DNA of 64,000 nt from the NCBI RefSeq assembly GCF_009914755.1, contig NC_060926.1. One strand, given 5' to 3'. Each line of letters begins with the position of its first letter. The stretch's first letter is position 1. Below, piece by piece: positions 31,121 to 45,253 of the stretch. The translations under genes and the position numbers were made by a program. The stretch comes from the human T2T-CHM13v2.0 reference genome, Homo sapiens. The notes beneath the pieces were generated by a model. That model ran no database searches and was not told the origin of the DNA. It saw nothing but the letters and a program-made list of their open reading frames with translations.

Positions 31121-31348
31121 CGGTGGTTCTCAAAAGGGGCAACTTTAATCCCATCCCTCCACCACACACACGTGGCAGTGTTGGAAGACAATTTCTGGTT
31201 GTCACACTGAAGGAACAGCAGTGCCACAGGGATGCTACTAAACATTGTACAAGCACAGGATAGCCACTCCCGCCCACCCTCAGACCCTGCCCCACAACAA
31301 AAAATTATCTAGCTCAAAATGTCAATAGTGTGAGGCTGAGAAGCCCTG
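31121..31348 (+). mobile_element. MER20 (hAT-Charlie DNA transposon derivative)
   Basis: Ends 'cggtggttctcaa' and 'tgagaagccctg', with internal 'ccccacaacaaaaaattatctagctcaaaatgtcaatagtg'. Confidence 0.85.
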
Positions 31349-31349
31349 A

Positions 31350-31671
<322 letters not shown>

Positions 31672-32944
31672 AGCCCTGGGTTTTATTATGGGAATACCTG
31701 CTTGGCATTACTGTTTTCCACTGATCCCTAAGGAATCTCAGTAACTTAGAAGCACACTTAAACCATAAATACTTGTAGACCAACTAATCAGAGTCCTAAT
31801 TTTATTAAAACTATTTTTTTGTTTTATACTTTAAGAGAATAAGACAAATGGTTTGTGTGTTTTCTTTTTTAAAAAGCTCACATCAGGAATTTCTGTTTAA
31901 AAATGTAAACAAATAACTAATCATGCCTAGCTTTTACACATTATACATCTGTAATATTCTATACAGGAGCTGATGCATAGAATAATTACCCAGGAACACT
32001 TCAAGAGAATCAGTTAACAAGGAGAGAGTCACTGTTAGCAGTGTAGTCTCATTATGAAACCAGGAACATTTAACGCTACAGTCTTGAAAGATTTTCAATA
32101 ATGCAAGTTGAACTGAGACTTCTTCAGGTAACAACAGTGTGTTGACCAGAGAAATCAATTTGTCAGGACATTCAAATCTGGTAATCAAGGTTCTCAACTT
32201 GTTTCTATGACATTCAATCTATAAATTTTATTCTGCATAAGTAAAAATGATAGTGTCAAAAGAGCTCTTAAAACATCACCCAGGAGCAATTACCCTATAT
32301 TTGCAGATACATGTGACTCTACCCAAATTTTGAATCTTTGGAAAAAGACATTACGAAAATTGTCTATACTGTTACGGTTTCTAATAATAAATTTCATGAA
32401 AAGACTGGAAATGCTTTTCCTTTTCCATTTCCAAATTGTGCACTTTACAAAATAGAGAATGAGTAGCTGATTGCAACCATCTCTGTAACAAGATGCTTTA
32501 AATAAAAGTATATGTGGAAAAGTCTGTATTTCATAAATACAACAAATAGCAACATACACTTATGAGAAAATAAAAGTTAAGGCTTTTGATATATCTTACT
32601 TTTTACAAAAGATTTATTTTTATAGTATAATAGATAAATAACAAAAATTCATGTAAAAAACAGTGGACAATATACTACTGTTTTCTGAAAGGTCTGTATG
32701 TTTTAATCTTCACACATTCTTTTTTTTTTTTTTTTTTAATTATACTTTAAGTTCTGGGATACATGTGCAGAACATGTAGGTTTGTTACATAGTTATACAA
32801 GTGCCATGGTGGTTTGCTGCACCCATCAACCCATCATCTACATTAGGTATTTCTCCTAATGCTATCCCTCCCTCAGCCCCCAACCTGCAAACATGCCCCA
32901 GTGTGTGATGTTCCCCTCCCTGTGTCCTTGTGTTCTCATTGTTC

Positions 32945-35900
32945 AACTCCTACTTATGAGTGAGAACACGCGGTGTTTGATTTTCTGTTACTATGTTAGT
33001 TTACTGAGAATGATGGTTTCCAGCTTCGTCCATGTCCCTGCAAAGTACATGAACACATCCTTCTTTATGGCTACATCGTATTCCATGGTGTATATGTGCC
33101 ACCTTTTCTTTATTCAGTATAAAATTGACGGGCATTTGGGTTTGTTCCAAGTCTTTGCTATTGTGAATACTGCTGCAATAAACATATATATGCATGTGTC
33201 TTCATAGTAGAATGATTTATAATCTTTAGGTATATATCCAGTAATGGGATTGCTGGGTCAAATGGTATTTCTGGTTTTAGATCCTTGAGGAATTGACACG
33301 CTGTCTCTTCCACAATGTTTGAACTAATTTACACCCCACCAACCATGTAAAAGTGTTCCTATCTCTCCACATCCTCTCCAGCATCTGTTGCTTCCCCACA
33401 TTTTAATGATCACCATTCTAACTGGCATGAGATGGTATCTCATTGTGGTTTTGATTTGCATTTCTCTAATGACCAGTGATGATGAGCTTTTTTTCATATG
33501 TTTGTTGGCTGCATAAATGTCTTCTTTTGAGAAGTGTCTGTTCATATCCTTCACCCACTTTTTGATGAGGCTGTTTGTTTTTTTCTTGTAAATTTGTTTA
33601 AGTTTCTTATAGATTCTGTATATTAGCACTTTGTCAGATGGATAGGTTGCAAAATTTGTCTCCCATTCTGCAGGTTGCCTGTTCACTGTGATGATAGCTT
33701 CTTTTGCTGTGCAGGAGCTCTTTAGTTGAATTAGATCTGATTTGTCAATTTTGGCTTTTGTTGCCATTGCTTTTGGTGTTTTAGTCATGAAGTCTTTGCC
33801 CATTCCTGTCCTGAATGGTATTGCCTAGGTTGTCTTCTAGGGTTTTTATGGTTTTAGGTCTTATGTTTAAGTCTTTGATCCATCTTGAGTTAATTTTTGT
33901 ATAAGGTGTAAGGAAGGGGTACAATTTCAGTTCTCTGCATATGTCTAGCCAGTTTTCTCAACACCATGTATTAAACAGGGAATCCTTTCCCCATTGCTTG
34001 TTTTTGTCAGGTTTGTCAGAGATCAGATGGTTGTAGATGTGTGGCATTATTTCTGAGGCCACTGCTGTGTTCCATTGGTCTGTATATATGTTTTGGTACT
34101 ACTACCATGCTGTTTTGATTAATGTAGCCTTGCAGTATAGTTTGAAGTCAGGTAACGTGATGCCTCCAGCTTTGTTCTTTTTGCTTAGGATTGTCTTGGA
34201 TATACAGGCTCTTTTTTGGTTCCCTATAAAATTTAAAGTAGTTTTTTTTTCTAATTCTGTGAAGAAAGGCAATGGTAGCTTGATGGGTATAGCACTGAAT
34301 CTATAAATTACTTTGGGCAGTATGGCCATTTTCATGATATTGATTCTTCCTATCCATGAGCATGGAATGTTTTTCCATTTGTTTGGTCCTCTCTTATTTC
34401 CTTGAGCAGTGGTTTGTTTTTTCCTTGAAGAAGTCCTTCACATCCCTTGTAACTTGTATTCCTGGGGTATTTTATTCTTTTTGTAGCAACTCTGGATGGG
34501 AGTTCACTCATGATTTGGCTCTCTGTTTGTCTATTATTGGTGTATTGAAATGCTTGTGATTTTTGCACATTGATTTTGTATCCTGAGAGTTTGCTGAAGT
34601 TGCTTATCAGCTTAAGGAGATTTGGGGCTGAGACAATGGGGTTTTCTAAATATACAATCATGTCATCTCAAATAGAGATAATTTGACTTCCTCTCTTCCT
34701 ATTTGAATACGCTTTCTTTCACTTGCCTGATTGTCTTGGCCAGAACTTCCAATACTATGTAGAATAGGAGTGGTGAAAGAGGGCATCCTTGTCTTGTGCT
34801 GGTTTTTAAAGGGAATGCTTCCAGCTTTTGCCCATTCAGTATCACATTGTCTGGGGGTTTGTCATAAATAGTTCTTATTATTTTGAGATATGTTCCATCA
34901 ATGCTTAGTTTATTGAGAGTTTTTAGTATGAAGGTGTGTTGAATTTTATCAAAGGCCTTTTCTGCATCTATTGAGATAATCATGTAGTTTTTGTCATTGG
35001 TTCTGTTTATGTGGTAAATTATGTTTATTGATTTCCACATGTTGAACCAACCTTGCATCCCAGAAATGAAGCTGACTTGATCATGGTGGATATGCTTTTT
35101 GATGTGCTGCTGGATTCGGTTTGCCAGTATTTTATTGAGGATTTTCTCATGGATGTTCATCAGGGATATTGGCCTGAACTTTTCTTTTTCTGTTGTGTCT
35201 CTGTCAGGTTCTGGTATCAGGGTGATGCTGGCCTCATAAAATGAGTTAGGGAGGAGTCCCTCTTTTTCTATTGTTTGCAATAGTTTCAGAAGGAATGGTA
35301 TCAGCTCCTCTCTGTACCTCTGGTAGAATTTGGCTGTGAATCTGTCTGGTCCTGGACTTGTTTTGGTTGGTAGGCTATTAATTACTGCCTCAATTTCAGA
35401 ATTTGGTATTGGTCTATTCAGGGATTTGACTTCTTCCTGGTTTAGTATTGGGAGGGTGTATGTGTCCAAGAATTTATCCATTTCTTTTAGATATTCTAGT
35501 TTATTTGCATAGAGTTGTTTACAATATTCTCTGATGGTAGTTTCTATTTCTGTGGGATCAGTGGTGTTATCCCCTTTATCATTTTTTATTGTGTCTATTT
35601 GATTCTTCTCTCTTTTCTTCTTTATTAGTTTGGCTAGTGGTCTATTTTGTTCATCTTTTCAAAAACCAGCTCCTGCATTCATTGAATTTTTGAAGGGTTT
35701 TTTGTGTCTCTATCTCCTTCAGTTCTGCTCTGATCTTAGTTATTTCTTGTCTTCTGATAACTTTTGAATTTGTTTGCTCTTGCTTCTCTAGTTCTTTTAA
35801 TTGTGATGTAAGGGTGTCAATTTTAGATCTTTCCTGCTTTCTCCTGTGGACATTTAGTGCTATAAATTTCCCTCTAAACACTGTGTTAGCTGTGTCCCAG

Positions 35901-36750
35901 CAATTCTGGTATGTTGTGTCTTTGTTCTCATTGGTTTCAAATAACTTATTTATTTCTGCCTTAATTTTGTTATTTACTCAGCAGTCATGCAGGAGCAGGT
36001 TGTTCAGTTTCCATGTAGTTATGCGTTTTGATTGAGCTTCTAAATCCTGAATTCTAATTTGATTGCACTGTGGTCTGAGAGACTGTTATAATTTCTGTTC
36101 TTTCTCATTTGCTGAGGAGTATTTTACTTGCAATTATGTGGTGAATTTTAGAATAAGTGCAACGTGGTGCTGAGAAGAATATATATTCTGTTGATTTGGT
36201 GTGGAGAATTCTGTAGATGTCTATTAGGTCCACTTCGTCTGGAGCTGAGTTCAAGTCCTGAATATACTTGTTAATTTTCTGTCTTGTTGATCTATCTAAT
36301 TTTGACAGTGGGATATCAAAATCTCCCATTATTATTGTGTGGGAGTGTAAGTCTCTTTGTAGGTCTCTAAGGACTTGCTTTATGAATCTGGGTGCTCCTG
36401 TATTGTGTGCATATATATTTAGGATAGTTAGCTCTTCTTGTTGAATTGATCCCTTTACCATTATGTAATGCCTTTTTTGATCTTTGTTGGTTTAAAGTCT
36501 GTTTTATCAGAGACTAGGATTGCAACCCCTGCTCTTTTTTTTGCTTTTGATTTGTTTGGTAAATATTCCTCCATTCCTTTATTTTGAGTCTATGTGTGTC
36601 TTTATATGTGAGATGGGTCTCTGAATACAGTCCATCGATGGGTCTTGACTCTTTATCCAATTTGCCAGTCTGTGTCTTTTAATTGGGGCATTTAGCCTGT
36701 TAACATTTAAGGTTAATATTGTTACGTGTGAATTTGATCCTGTCATTATG
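32945..36750 (-). pseudogene. L1 ORF2 (endonuclease / reverse transcriptase), frameshifted
   Basis: Fragments 36105-36461 (EN), 34699-35481 (RT '[11 protein letters not shown]'), 34350-34661, 34102-34335 and 33324-33803 are broken by stops and frameshifts. Confidence 0.93.
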
Positions 36751-36809
36751 ATGCTAGCTGGTTATTTGGCCCATTAGTTGATGCAGTTTCTTCATAGAGT
36801 CAATGGACT

Positions 36810-37835
36810 TTACAATTTGGTATGTTTTTGCCATGTCTGGTACCTGTTTTTCTTTTCCATATTTAGTGCTTCCTTCAGGAGCTCTTGTAAGGCAGGCCTG
36901 GTGGTGACAAAATCTCTCAGCATTTGCTTGTCTGTGAAGGATTTTATTTCTCATTTGCTTATGAAGCTTAGCTTGGCTGGATATGATATTCTGGGTTGAA
37001 AATTCTTTTCTTTAAGAATGTTGAATATTGGCCCCCACTCTCTGCTGGTTTGCAGGGTTTCTGCGGAGAGAGACCCACTCTTAGTCTGATGGGATTTCCT
37101 TTGTGGGTAACGCAACCTTTCTCACTGGCTGCCTTTAATGTTTTTTCCTTCATTTCAATCTTGGTGAATCTGACAGTTATGTGTCTTGGGGTTGCTCTTC
37201 TCAAGGAGTCTCTTTGTGGTGTTCTCTATATTTCCTGAATTTGAATGTTGGCATGACATGCTAGGTTGGGGAAGTTCTCCTGAATAATATCCTGAAGAGT
37301 GTTTTCCAACTTGGTTCCGTTCTTCCATCACTTTCAGGTATGCCAATCAAATGTAGGTTTGGTCTTTTCACATAGTCCCATATTTCTTGGGGGCTTTGTT
37401 TGTTCCTTTTCATTCTTTTTTCTCTAATCTTGTCTTCACACTTTATTTCATTAAGTTGATCTTCAATCTCTGATATCCTTTCTTCTGCTTGATCGATTTG
37501 GCTATTGATACTTGTGTATGCTTCACGAAGTACTCGTGCTGAGTTTTTCAGCTCCATCAGTTCATTTATGTTCTTCTCTAAACTGGTTATTCTAGTTAGC
37601 AACTCCTCTGGCCTTTTTTCAAAGTTCTTAGCTTCCTTGCATTGGGTTAGAACATGCTCCTTTAGCTTGGAGGAGTTTGTTACTACCCACCTTCTGAAGC
37701 CTACTTCTGTCAATTTGTCAAACTCATTCTCCATCTAGTTTTGTGCCCTTGCTGGTGAGGAGTTGTGATCCTTTGGAGAAGAGGCGTTCCAGTTTTTGGA
37801 ATTTTCAGCCTTTTTGCACTGGTGTTTCCTCATGT
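36810..37835 (-). pseudogene. L1 ORF1p, frameshifted
   Basis: 'MENEFDKLTEVGFRRWVVTNSS...EIWDYVKRPNL' (37261-37734) and 'RRATPRHITVRFTKIEMKEK' (36968-37204). Confidence 0.92.
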
Positions 37836-40104
37836 TCATGGATTTATCTACCTTTGGTCTTTGATGTTGGTGACCTTCGAATGGGTTTTTTGAGTGGATG
37901 TCCTTTTTGTTGATGTTGATGCTATTCCTTTCTGTTTGTTAGTTTTCCTTCTAACAGCCAGGCCCCTCTGCTGCAGGTCTGCTGGAGTTTGCTGGAGGTC
38001 CACTCCAGACCCTGTTTGCCTGGTTATCACCAGCAGAGGCTACAGGACAGCAAAGATTGCTGCCTGTTCCTTCCTCTGGAAGCTTTGTCCCAGAAGGCCA
38101 ACTGCCAGGGTGCCAGCCAGGGCTCTCCTGTATGAGGTGTCTGTTGACCCCTGCTGGGAGGTGTCTCCCCATCAGGAGTCATGGGAGTCAGGGACCCACT
38201 TGAGGAGGCAGTCTGTCCCTTAGCAGAGCTTGAGCACTGTGCTGGGAGATCCGCTGCTGTCTTCAGAGCTGGTAGGCAGGAACATTTAAGTTGGCTGAAG
38301 CTGCATCCACAGCTGCCCCTTGCCCAAGGTGCTCTGTCCCAGGGAGATGGGAGTTTTATCTATAAGATCCTGACTGGGGCTGCTGCCTTTCTTTCAGAGA
38401 TGCCATGCCCAGAGAGGAGGAATCTAGAGTGCCAGACTGGCTACAGCAGCTTTGCTGAGCTGTGGTGGGCTCCACCCAGTCTGCACTTCCCAGGGACTTT
38501 GTTCACACTGTGAGGGGAAAACCATCTACTCAAGCCTCAGTAATGTTGGATGCCCCTCCCCCAACCAAGCTCAAGCATCCCAGGTTGACTTCAGACTGCT
38601 GTGCTGGTAGTGAGAATTTCAAACCACTAGGTCTTAGCTTGCTGGGCTCTGTGGGGTGGGATCTGCTGAGCAAGACCACTTGGCTTCCTGGCTTCAGCTC
38701 CCATACCAGGGGAGTGAACGATTCTGTCTTGCTGGCATTCCAGACAGCACTGGGATATGAAAAACAAACTCGTGTAGCTAGCTTGGTGTCTGCCTAAAAG
38801 GCTGCCCAGGTTTGTGCTTGAAACCCAGGGCCTTGGTGGTGTAGGTCTGTGGGTTGCGAAGACCATGGCAAAAGCGTAGTATCTGGGCCGGATTGCACCA
38901 TTCCTTGGGACACAGTCCCTTCACGGCTTCCCCTGGCTAGGGGAGGGAGTTCCCCAACCTCGTGAACTTCCCAGGTGAAGCGACACCCCACCCTGCTTCG
39001 GCTCGCCCTCCATGGGCTAAACCCACTGTCTAACCACTCCCAGTGAGATCAGCCAGGTATCTCAGTTGGAAATGCAGAAATCACCCACCTTCTGCGTTCA
39101 TCTTGCTGGGAGCTGCAGACTAGAGCTCTTCCTATTTGGCCATCTTGCCATCCACCCAATCCTCACACATTCTTAAGAAGTTTCCATCTTCAGAGTTCAA
39201 GAAGCATTTAGGCCTTTTAAGCTGCTTTGAAATTTGAAACTATTCAATTTGTTAAACAAGGCCGCTAAACTTTGCTTAGAGCAATATGCTTTAAGAATCT
39301 TTGTTAATCATTTGTAGATTTAAATGTCATATCATAGGTAACATTTACATGGTAATTAACAAAACTATGTGAAATCTTCCTTTCCTTAACTTAACTGCCA
39401 TTACCTTTTTTGTTAAATCAAGTAGCATATTACTTGGCAAGATATTCCCTTTTATTCTAGTTGGAAAGATAAACAGAAATGTATTAAGACTAATCTGCGC
39501 TATAAATCCTAAATTTTTGCTTAATCTTGTGAAGCCCACCATTGCATAGCACATTTATGACATCTTCCAGCATGTAATTTCAATTACAATGTTATGACTC
39601 TTGAAATTGGCATTTGGGAAGTTGCATGCAAATGTGAATAATTTTTGGAGTACACAAATATATTTAAATATTTTACTGTAAGAAAAAAATTTCTTTGGAA
39701 TTGATGTTTGATTAATCCTAAATGACCCCCACCAAACCTTACATTTTTTATATTTCAGATTTTTTACATTTTTTATATTGCAGATTCCATTGGCATTTAG
39801 TTTCTCTTTCTTCTCAATATCTTCCTAACTCTACTTTGCCGTCCCTACATATTCTAATTGTGTTGACTACAAGGGTCAGAGGAAGCAGTGATGTTTTTGA
39901 CTAAGATATATGTGCAAGAAAAAACCACAGGGTTAATTTAAATAAATAGATCTGCATTAATTATGAAATATCACATACATAGAATCATTTTTGGTCAAAA
40001 ACATATTTTGTTTCAAGTTAAGTAGAATAATAACAGTTGCAGTGAGGATTTGGACAAATGTAAACTTTTTTGTGGAAATTATGTGATAGCTTTCTTAATT
40101 TAAA

Positions 40105-40315
40105 CAAGTATTTCTCAAATCTACTACTGATATTTGATACCAGATAATTACCTGTTGTTGGAGTTGCCCTGTGCATTGTAGGATGTTTAGCGGCATTCCT
40201 CACTTCTACCCTCTAGATGTCAGTTTCATCTCCCCAGATATGACAATCAAAAATATCTCTAGACATTGTCAAATGTTCTTTGAGTTGCAAAGTCACTCCC
40301 AGTTGAGAACCACTG
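40105..40315 (-). mobile_element. MER20
   Basis: 'gccctgtgcattgtaggatgtttagcggcattcctcacttctaccctctagatg...cccagttgagaaccactg'. Confidence 0.9.
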
Positions 40316-40569
40316 GTTTCAACAACTATATCCATATGCAAATGCATTTATTATTTTAAACGTTGAGGAGGGAAGAAAGGATAAAGGAAGAGAAGGAGGG
40401 TTGGAAGGAAGGAGATACAGAGAAGAAGAGAGGGAGGGAGAAAGAGATAGGGAGATAGAAAGATGTTACCAACAAAGCATTGCACACTTTCTATCTACTG
40501 CCTTTGTTTTTATTAGTTCTTGCCAAACACACATTTCATTAGTTCTGATATACAAGCTAATAGTGAATA

Positions 40570-40790
40570 AGAGCACAGGTTCCAGAGTCTGGCCAAATAT
40601 CAAATTCCAGTTCCAGCATATGCCAGCTTTGCAATTCTTTGATCTTGGGAAGGATATTTAACATCTTTAATCCTCAGTTTCTTCATTTGTGAGCATGAGA
40701 TTATAATAGTTTGGTATATGGAGTTGTGGTTACAAATGAGTTGATGTGTATAAAGTACTTAGGAAGGTGCAGAGTAAACTCAAGACCATT
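40570..40790 (+). mobile_element. MIR
   Basis: 'gatcttgggaaggatatttaacatctttaatcctcagtttcttcatttgt'. Confidence 0.8.
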
Positions 40791-41328
40791 TCTTATACAT
40801 AACATCATCAACTTCATCATCACTGATGAGACAGAATCCTATTTTTAAAAAAATAAAGATGCCATATTTTAAAAAAATATATATATATATAATTAGGAAG
40901 AACATAAAAATGATTCAATATTAATGTTTTCCATGTATCACTAAAATAAAAATTATTTAGCTCTAACAGGCCAATACTTTTAAATGTATTAATGCACATA
41001 AATAAATCTTCATTTATTTGAATTGATTTTGTGGGAGGCAGTGTGGAATCTTAAGTGGGTCTACTTGGTAAAAGATAACTTTCAGTGCTAAAATAGATAT
41101 TTTTCTTGTCATATACAATATATTTATTAACTCTAAAAGTTCAGCACTCAGAATTATTTGAGCAGTGACAATTATGCCCTAGGGTCGAAGTATTTTAAGT
41201 GTTTATAAACTATTTCATATCCAACAAAACATGCTCCTAATAATAGACATCAGCTTAAAATCACTATAACACAATTGTTTGCCTGACCCTCACAATCTGT
41301 GTGATTGCATTTCTAAATTAAAATATCT

Positions 41329-42663
41329 AATGACTATAATTCCAAGACAAGCTCAGGAATGAGCATCTTCCAAGTCTTGATACAAGTAATGTGATACTGG
41401 GACGACTCAGGCTAATGCTGAATATTGGTAATACCTGATAAGAGACATTAGGAGTGTAGGACCCAGGAGTGTTTGCTTGCAGCCAAGACCCTGAGTGTGT
41501 GCATGCTTGAAACACTAACCCATCTGTGTATGACTTCAACAGAATACAACTTACAAAATATCAAGTTCAATAATTTGTATCCATCCAATGTTTTAAGTGT
41601 GTACTCTTAGTGAACTGGTAGTGTCAATTTAAAAGCTCAGTATTGAAAAAGACTGTTTTCACTTAGAACAGAGACTGATTATTTAAATTACAAAATAATA
41701 CACTATAATAATTGTAAATGTAAAGCAACCTAGTTACATTGACATCAAAATACAAATTAACTAATTCAGAAAACAGATGTTGAATGCCTATTACTCCTCA
41801 GTACTGTAGGCACCTGTGGATAATTCATTGAAGAACAAAATTGTCCTTGCAGAATTCACCTATATAATTGTACCTGTTGGGTGAATTATCTATTTTCTTG
41901 TTCTCATAGAAGTTATACGTTATAAAAAAAACTGGCCACAAACAGAAGGGCTTCTTTTTATACAAAACATTTCTTTGAGAATTTCAATCCTTTTCTACTC
42001 TCTTATTGTATCTTAATTTCAAAGACATATTTTTAAAAAATTACTTAATTATCCATCTTGGACCTTTTGTCAATAGAAGTTATTCAGCTTAAACTATTTT
42101 GCCAATACTAGCTTTGAAACTACACATAAATAAGTTCCCAAATTCAAAGCAATCTCAAATAAGGTTTTTGCAGAGATGACAGGAACACAAAGAAAAACAA
42201 TAAATTCAGTTTTCCTTAGTGACCCTGTTGGATATGTTAACCAAGCTAAATTGAATTATTTACATTTCATTTATCCCTTCAACAAATATTTATTAAATGC
42301 CTCCTCTTTTGTGACTATTTTAAATAGCAGCCATGAGAAAAAGAAGAATGAATTTGTCCTTAACTATCTACCTTATTACCATAATTTAAGGCTGTATAAA
42401 ACTTTATAAAAAGAATTCACTTGGAGTTTGTGAGATAACTGTACAAAATTATTCCCACAATTTGAACTAAGGAGGCTGGAAAAAAAAAGAGATAAGAGGT
42501 GTAGAGCATCACTGGGTAGGTCTCCAAATCAGCCAGTGTGTGATGAAAAATGCCTGTAATTCTAAGGCAAGCCCAGGAATGAGCATCTTCCAAGTCTTGC
42601 TATAAATAATGTGACACTGGTATGACTGATACAATGCTGAATATTGGTAATGCCTGATGAGAC
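41329..42663 (+). repeat. Dispersed local direct repeat, ~118 bp x2 (41329-41446 and 42549-42663)
   Basis: Shared core 'caggaatgagcatcttccaagtcttg...aatgctgaatattggtaat', about 85% identical by hand alignment. Confidence 0.92.
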
Positions 42664-43248
42664 TTTTTTTTGATGATGGAAATTATTGTATTTCTTGAAG
42701 AGAGAATAGAATATATGTTTGCTACTGACAAGTCCATAATTGCATAAATTCAATATTCTGTTAACTTAAACCAGTTCCTCAATGCTGAATTCTATACTGT
42801 TTTCTGTAAACTCTACTGCAAATGTAGTATATCTTTTCATTAGCATGATTTTCTCAAAAAAGCTAGCATCGATTACACATGGCAAGCATGAGATCTTGGA
42901 AAGAAGCCAAAATATCTCTAATCTTTCCCAGTAAAGAAGTTTCCCAGGTACCTGCAATGTTGTCCATTATAGTTGTCACTACTCTAGAATCAACTAGTTT
43001 GCTTGTTTGTAGCTATTCCTCAGTCACCCCTGGATGATAAACCAAGGTCAGTCCTTGCTGAACACTTGTTGGTTCTCCCAGGAGGTATTTCCTTTCTTAG
43101 AGGGTAACCTACTTTTCTTACCCCTCTTGTACCTCCTGGATGTAACTACTCTTTTACCATGGCTGTACTTCCTGGAGGTTATTGGATGACTATATTATTT
43201 CACCAAAGGCCTGTTTTATATAAGTCTTTATTCAAAATAGCACAATGT

Positions 43249-43550
43249 GGCCATCCACGGTAGCTCACACCTGTAATCCCAGCACTCTGGGAGGCTGAGG
43301 TCGGCAGATCACTTGAGGTCAGGAGTTCGAGACCAGGTTGGCCAACATGGTGAATACCCGTCTCTACTAAAATATACAAAAATTAGCCAGATGTGGTGGT
43401 ACATGCCTGTAGTCCCAGCTACTCAGGAGGCTAAGGAAGGAGAATTGCTTGAACCCAGGAGACAGAGTTTGCAGTGAGCTGAGATTGCCCCACTACACTC
43501 CAGCCTGGGTGACAAAGTGAGACTCCATCTCAAAATAAAAAAAAATACAC
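43249..43550 (+). mobile_element. AluSx-like
   Basis: Full dimer with degenerate TSD aaaatagcacaatgt / aaaataacaatgt. Confidence 0.95.
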
Positions 43551-43930
43551 AAAATAACAATGTCTGAGGATTTCAATAAAAATAATACATATTTAGATAT
43601 TCTTTCCTGTTTCTCTGATTTTGTTAACACTATTCCATTCACCTTGAATGCTTTTTCTTTCCTTTTCTCCCGTTGTTCAAAAACATTCCAATTTCCACTT
43701 CTCAACTAAAATTAGTTTCCATGAGTCTTCCATAGTTATCCAATTTCCACAGTGACTTTTATCTGAACTCTAATAATAGTTTGTGTACCTGCCATGCAAC
43801 AAATGCCTATTCAGGTAATGTTACTAGGTTCTGTGTCAGGTGTTACATCTCATATTTGACAATGTTATACCGTCTTATGAAAATGCTTCCATAATTATTT
43901 TGAAATGCATATATTGAAAGTTCTACTGTT

Positions 43931-44230
43931 AGCTGGGCTCAGCGGCCCACACCTGTAATCCCAGCACTTTGGGAAGCCGAGGCAGGTGGATGTCCTGAGG
44001 TCGGGAGTTTGAGACCAGCCTGGCCAAAATGACAAAACCCTGTCTCTACTGAGAATACAAAAATTAGCCGGGTGTGGTGACACCTGCAGTTCCAGCTACT
44101 CAGGAGGCTGAGGCAGGAGAATTGCTTGAACCCAGAGTGGGATGTTTCAGTGAGCTGAGATCCCAACATTGCACTCAAGCCTGGGCAACAAAGTGAGACT
44201 CTGTCTCAAAAAAAAAAAAAGAAAAAAAAA
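43931..44230 (+). mobile_element. AluS (Sx/Sq-like)
   Basis: Full dimer with TSD aaagttcta(c/g)tgtt. Confidence 0.95.
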
Positions 44231-45253
44231 AGTTCTAGTGTTTATTTATTCTTTCTGGTATCTATCACCTCATCCATTATCTAAAGTTAATTTCTTTGAA
44301 TGTTAGAGTCATGTACTATATTTCATTGCATTTCCCCATAACATCTTATGCCAACCTTGCCCCCAAATATGTATTTAACATGCTTATATAAAAATATTGA
44401 ATAGAGTGAAAATTTGGCATTTAATTTTTGTCTTATGTAGAAAAACACAAAACTTTAGAATTAAAAGTACACAGACTGTCTCTAAGTTAAGAGACTATAA
44501 TTTTGTACACCACTTGGTCAATTTAAAATGACCTGTTGATAATGAGTTAGACATCCCAATTCTGTTCCCAATAATGTTCTTTTTCATTACAGTTTCTGAT
44601 TTGATATTAAAGAATAGAAATTGCACAAAGTTTCCCTCCTGAGTGAGTGAAAGTATACTTATCAGGTAACAGCAAGACAAGAGAAGTGCTGGCAAGAACT
44701 CCCTACCTCTCATTAAGACCTAGTCCTTCCCTGCGTGCACTGCCCTACTCAGCTACTATGGGCCCACTTACATGGTCTGTGCAGACCAACCACAGAACCT
44801 ACCATGACATACATTAATATTTAATATTTTCTGTCAGTCCAGTTCTTTTAACCGAACAAATGAAACATCATTAATATTTAATACACCATTACTTTAGATT
44901 TACCTACATATTTACTAATATCTTTGCTCACTATTCCTCTTGCATGTCAGGAAAGCTAGTTGACATCATTCTCCTTCCACCTGAAGTACAGCCTTTATAC
45001 TTTTTCTTTCGTGAAGGTCAGTTCATGACAACTTTTCCTAGTTTGAGTTTGAATGCAAATATCTTTACCCTGTAAACATCGCAGAGAGGAGAGGAATAGT
45101 GCTACTCTGAGAAATATACGAAGCTAGATCAATTTCACTTGATAGGAGGTCTTTCTCCTTATCATTACTGAGGAATACTCTCCAAGACGAAGAGAGCTAG
45201 GAAAATTCTCTTCTGGCATCTCTTTTATATACAATATCCAATAATGTTGGCCA

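Larger units (their letters stand above)
32722..39162 (-). mobile_element. Full-length L1PA7/L1PA8-like LINE-1 (~6.44 kb), ORFs disrupted
   Basis: Poly-A, 3'UTR, ORF2, ORF1 and the complete 5'UTR with YY1 motif (gccatcttg, ~39139-39147). TSD 'tcacacattctt' at 32710-32721 and 39163-39174 is followed by AA, giving a TTCTT/AA nick site. Confidence 0.96.
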
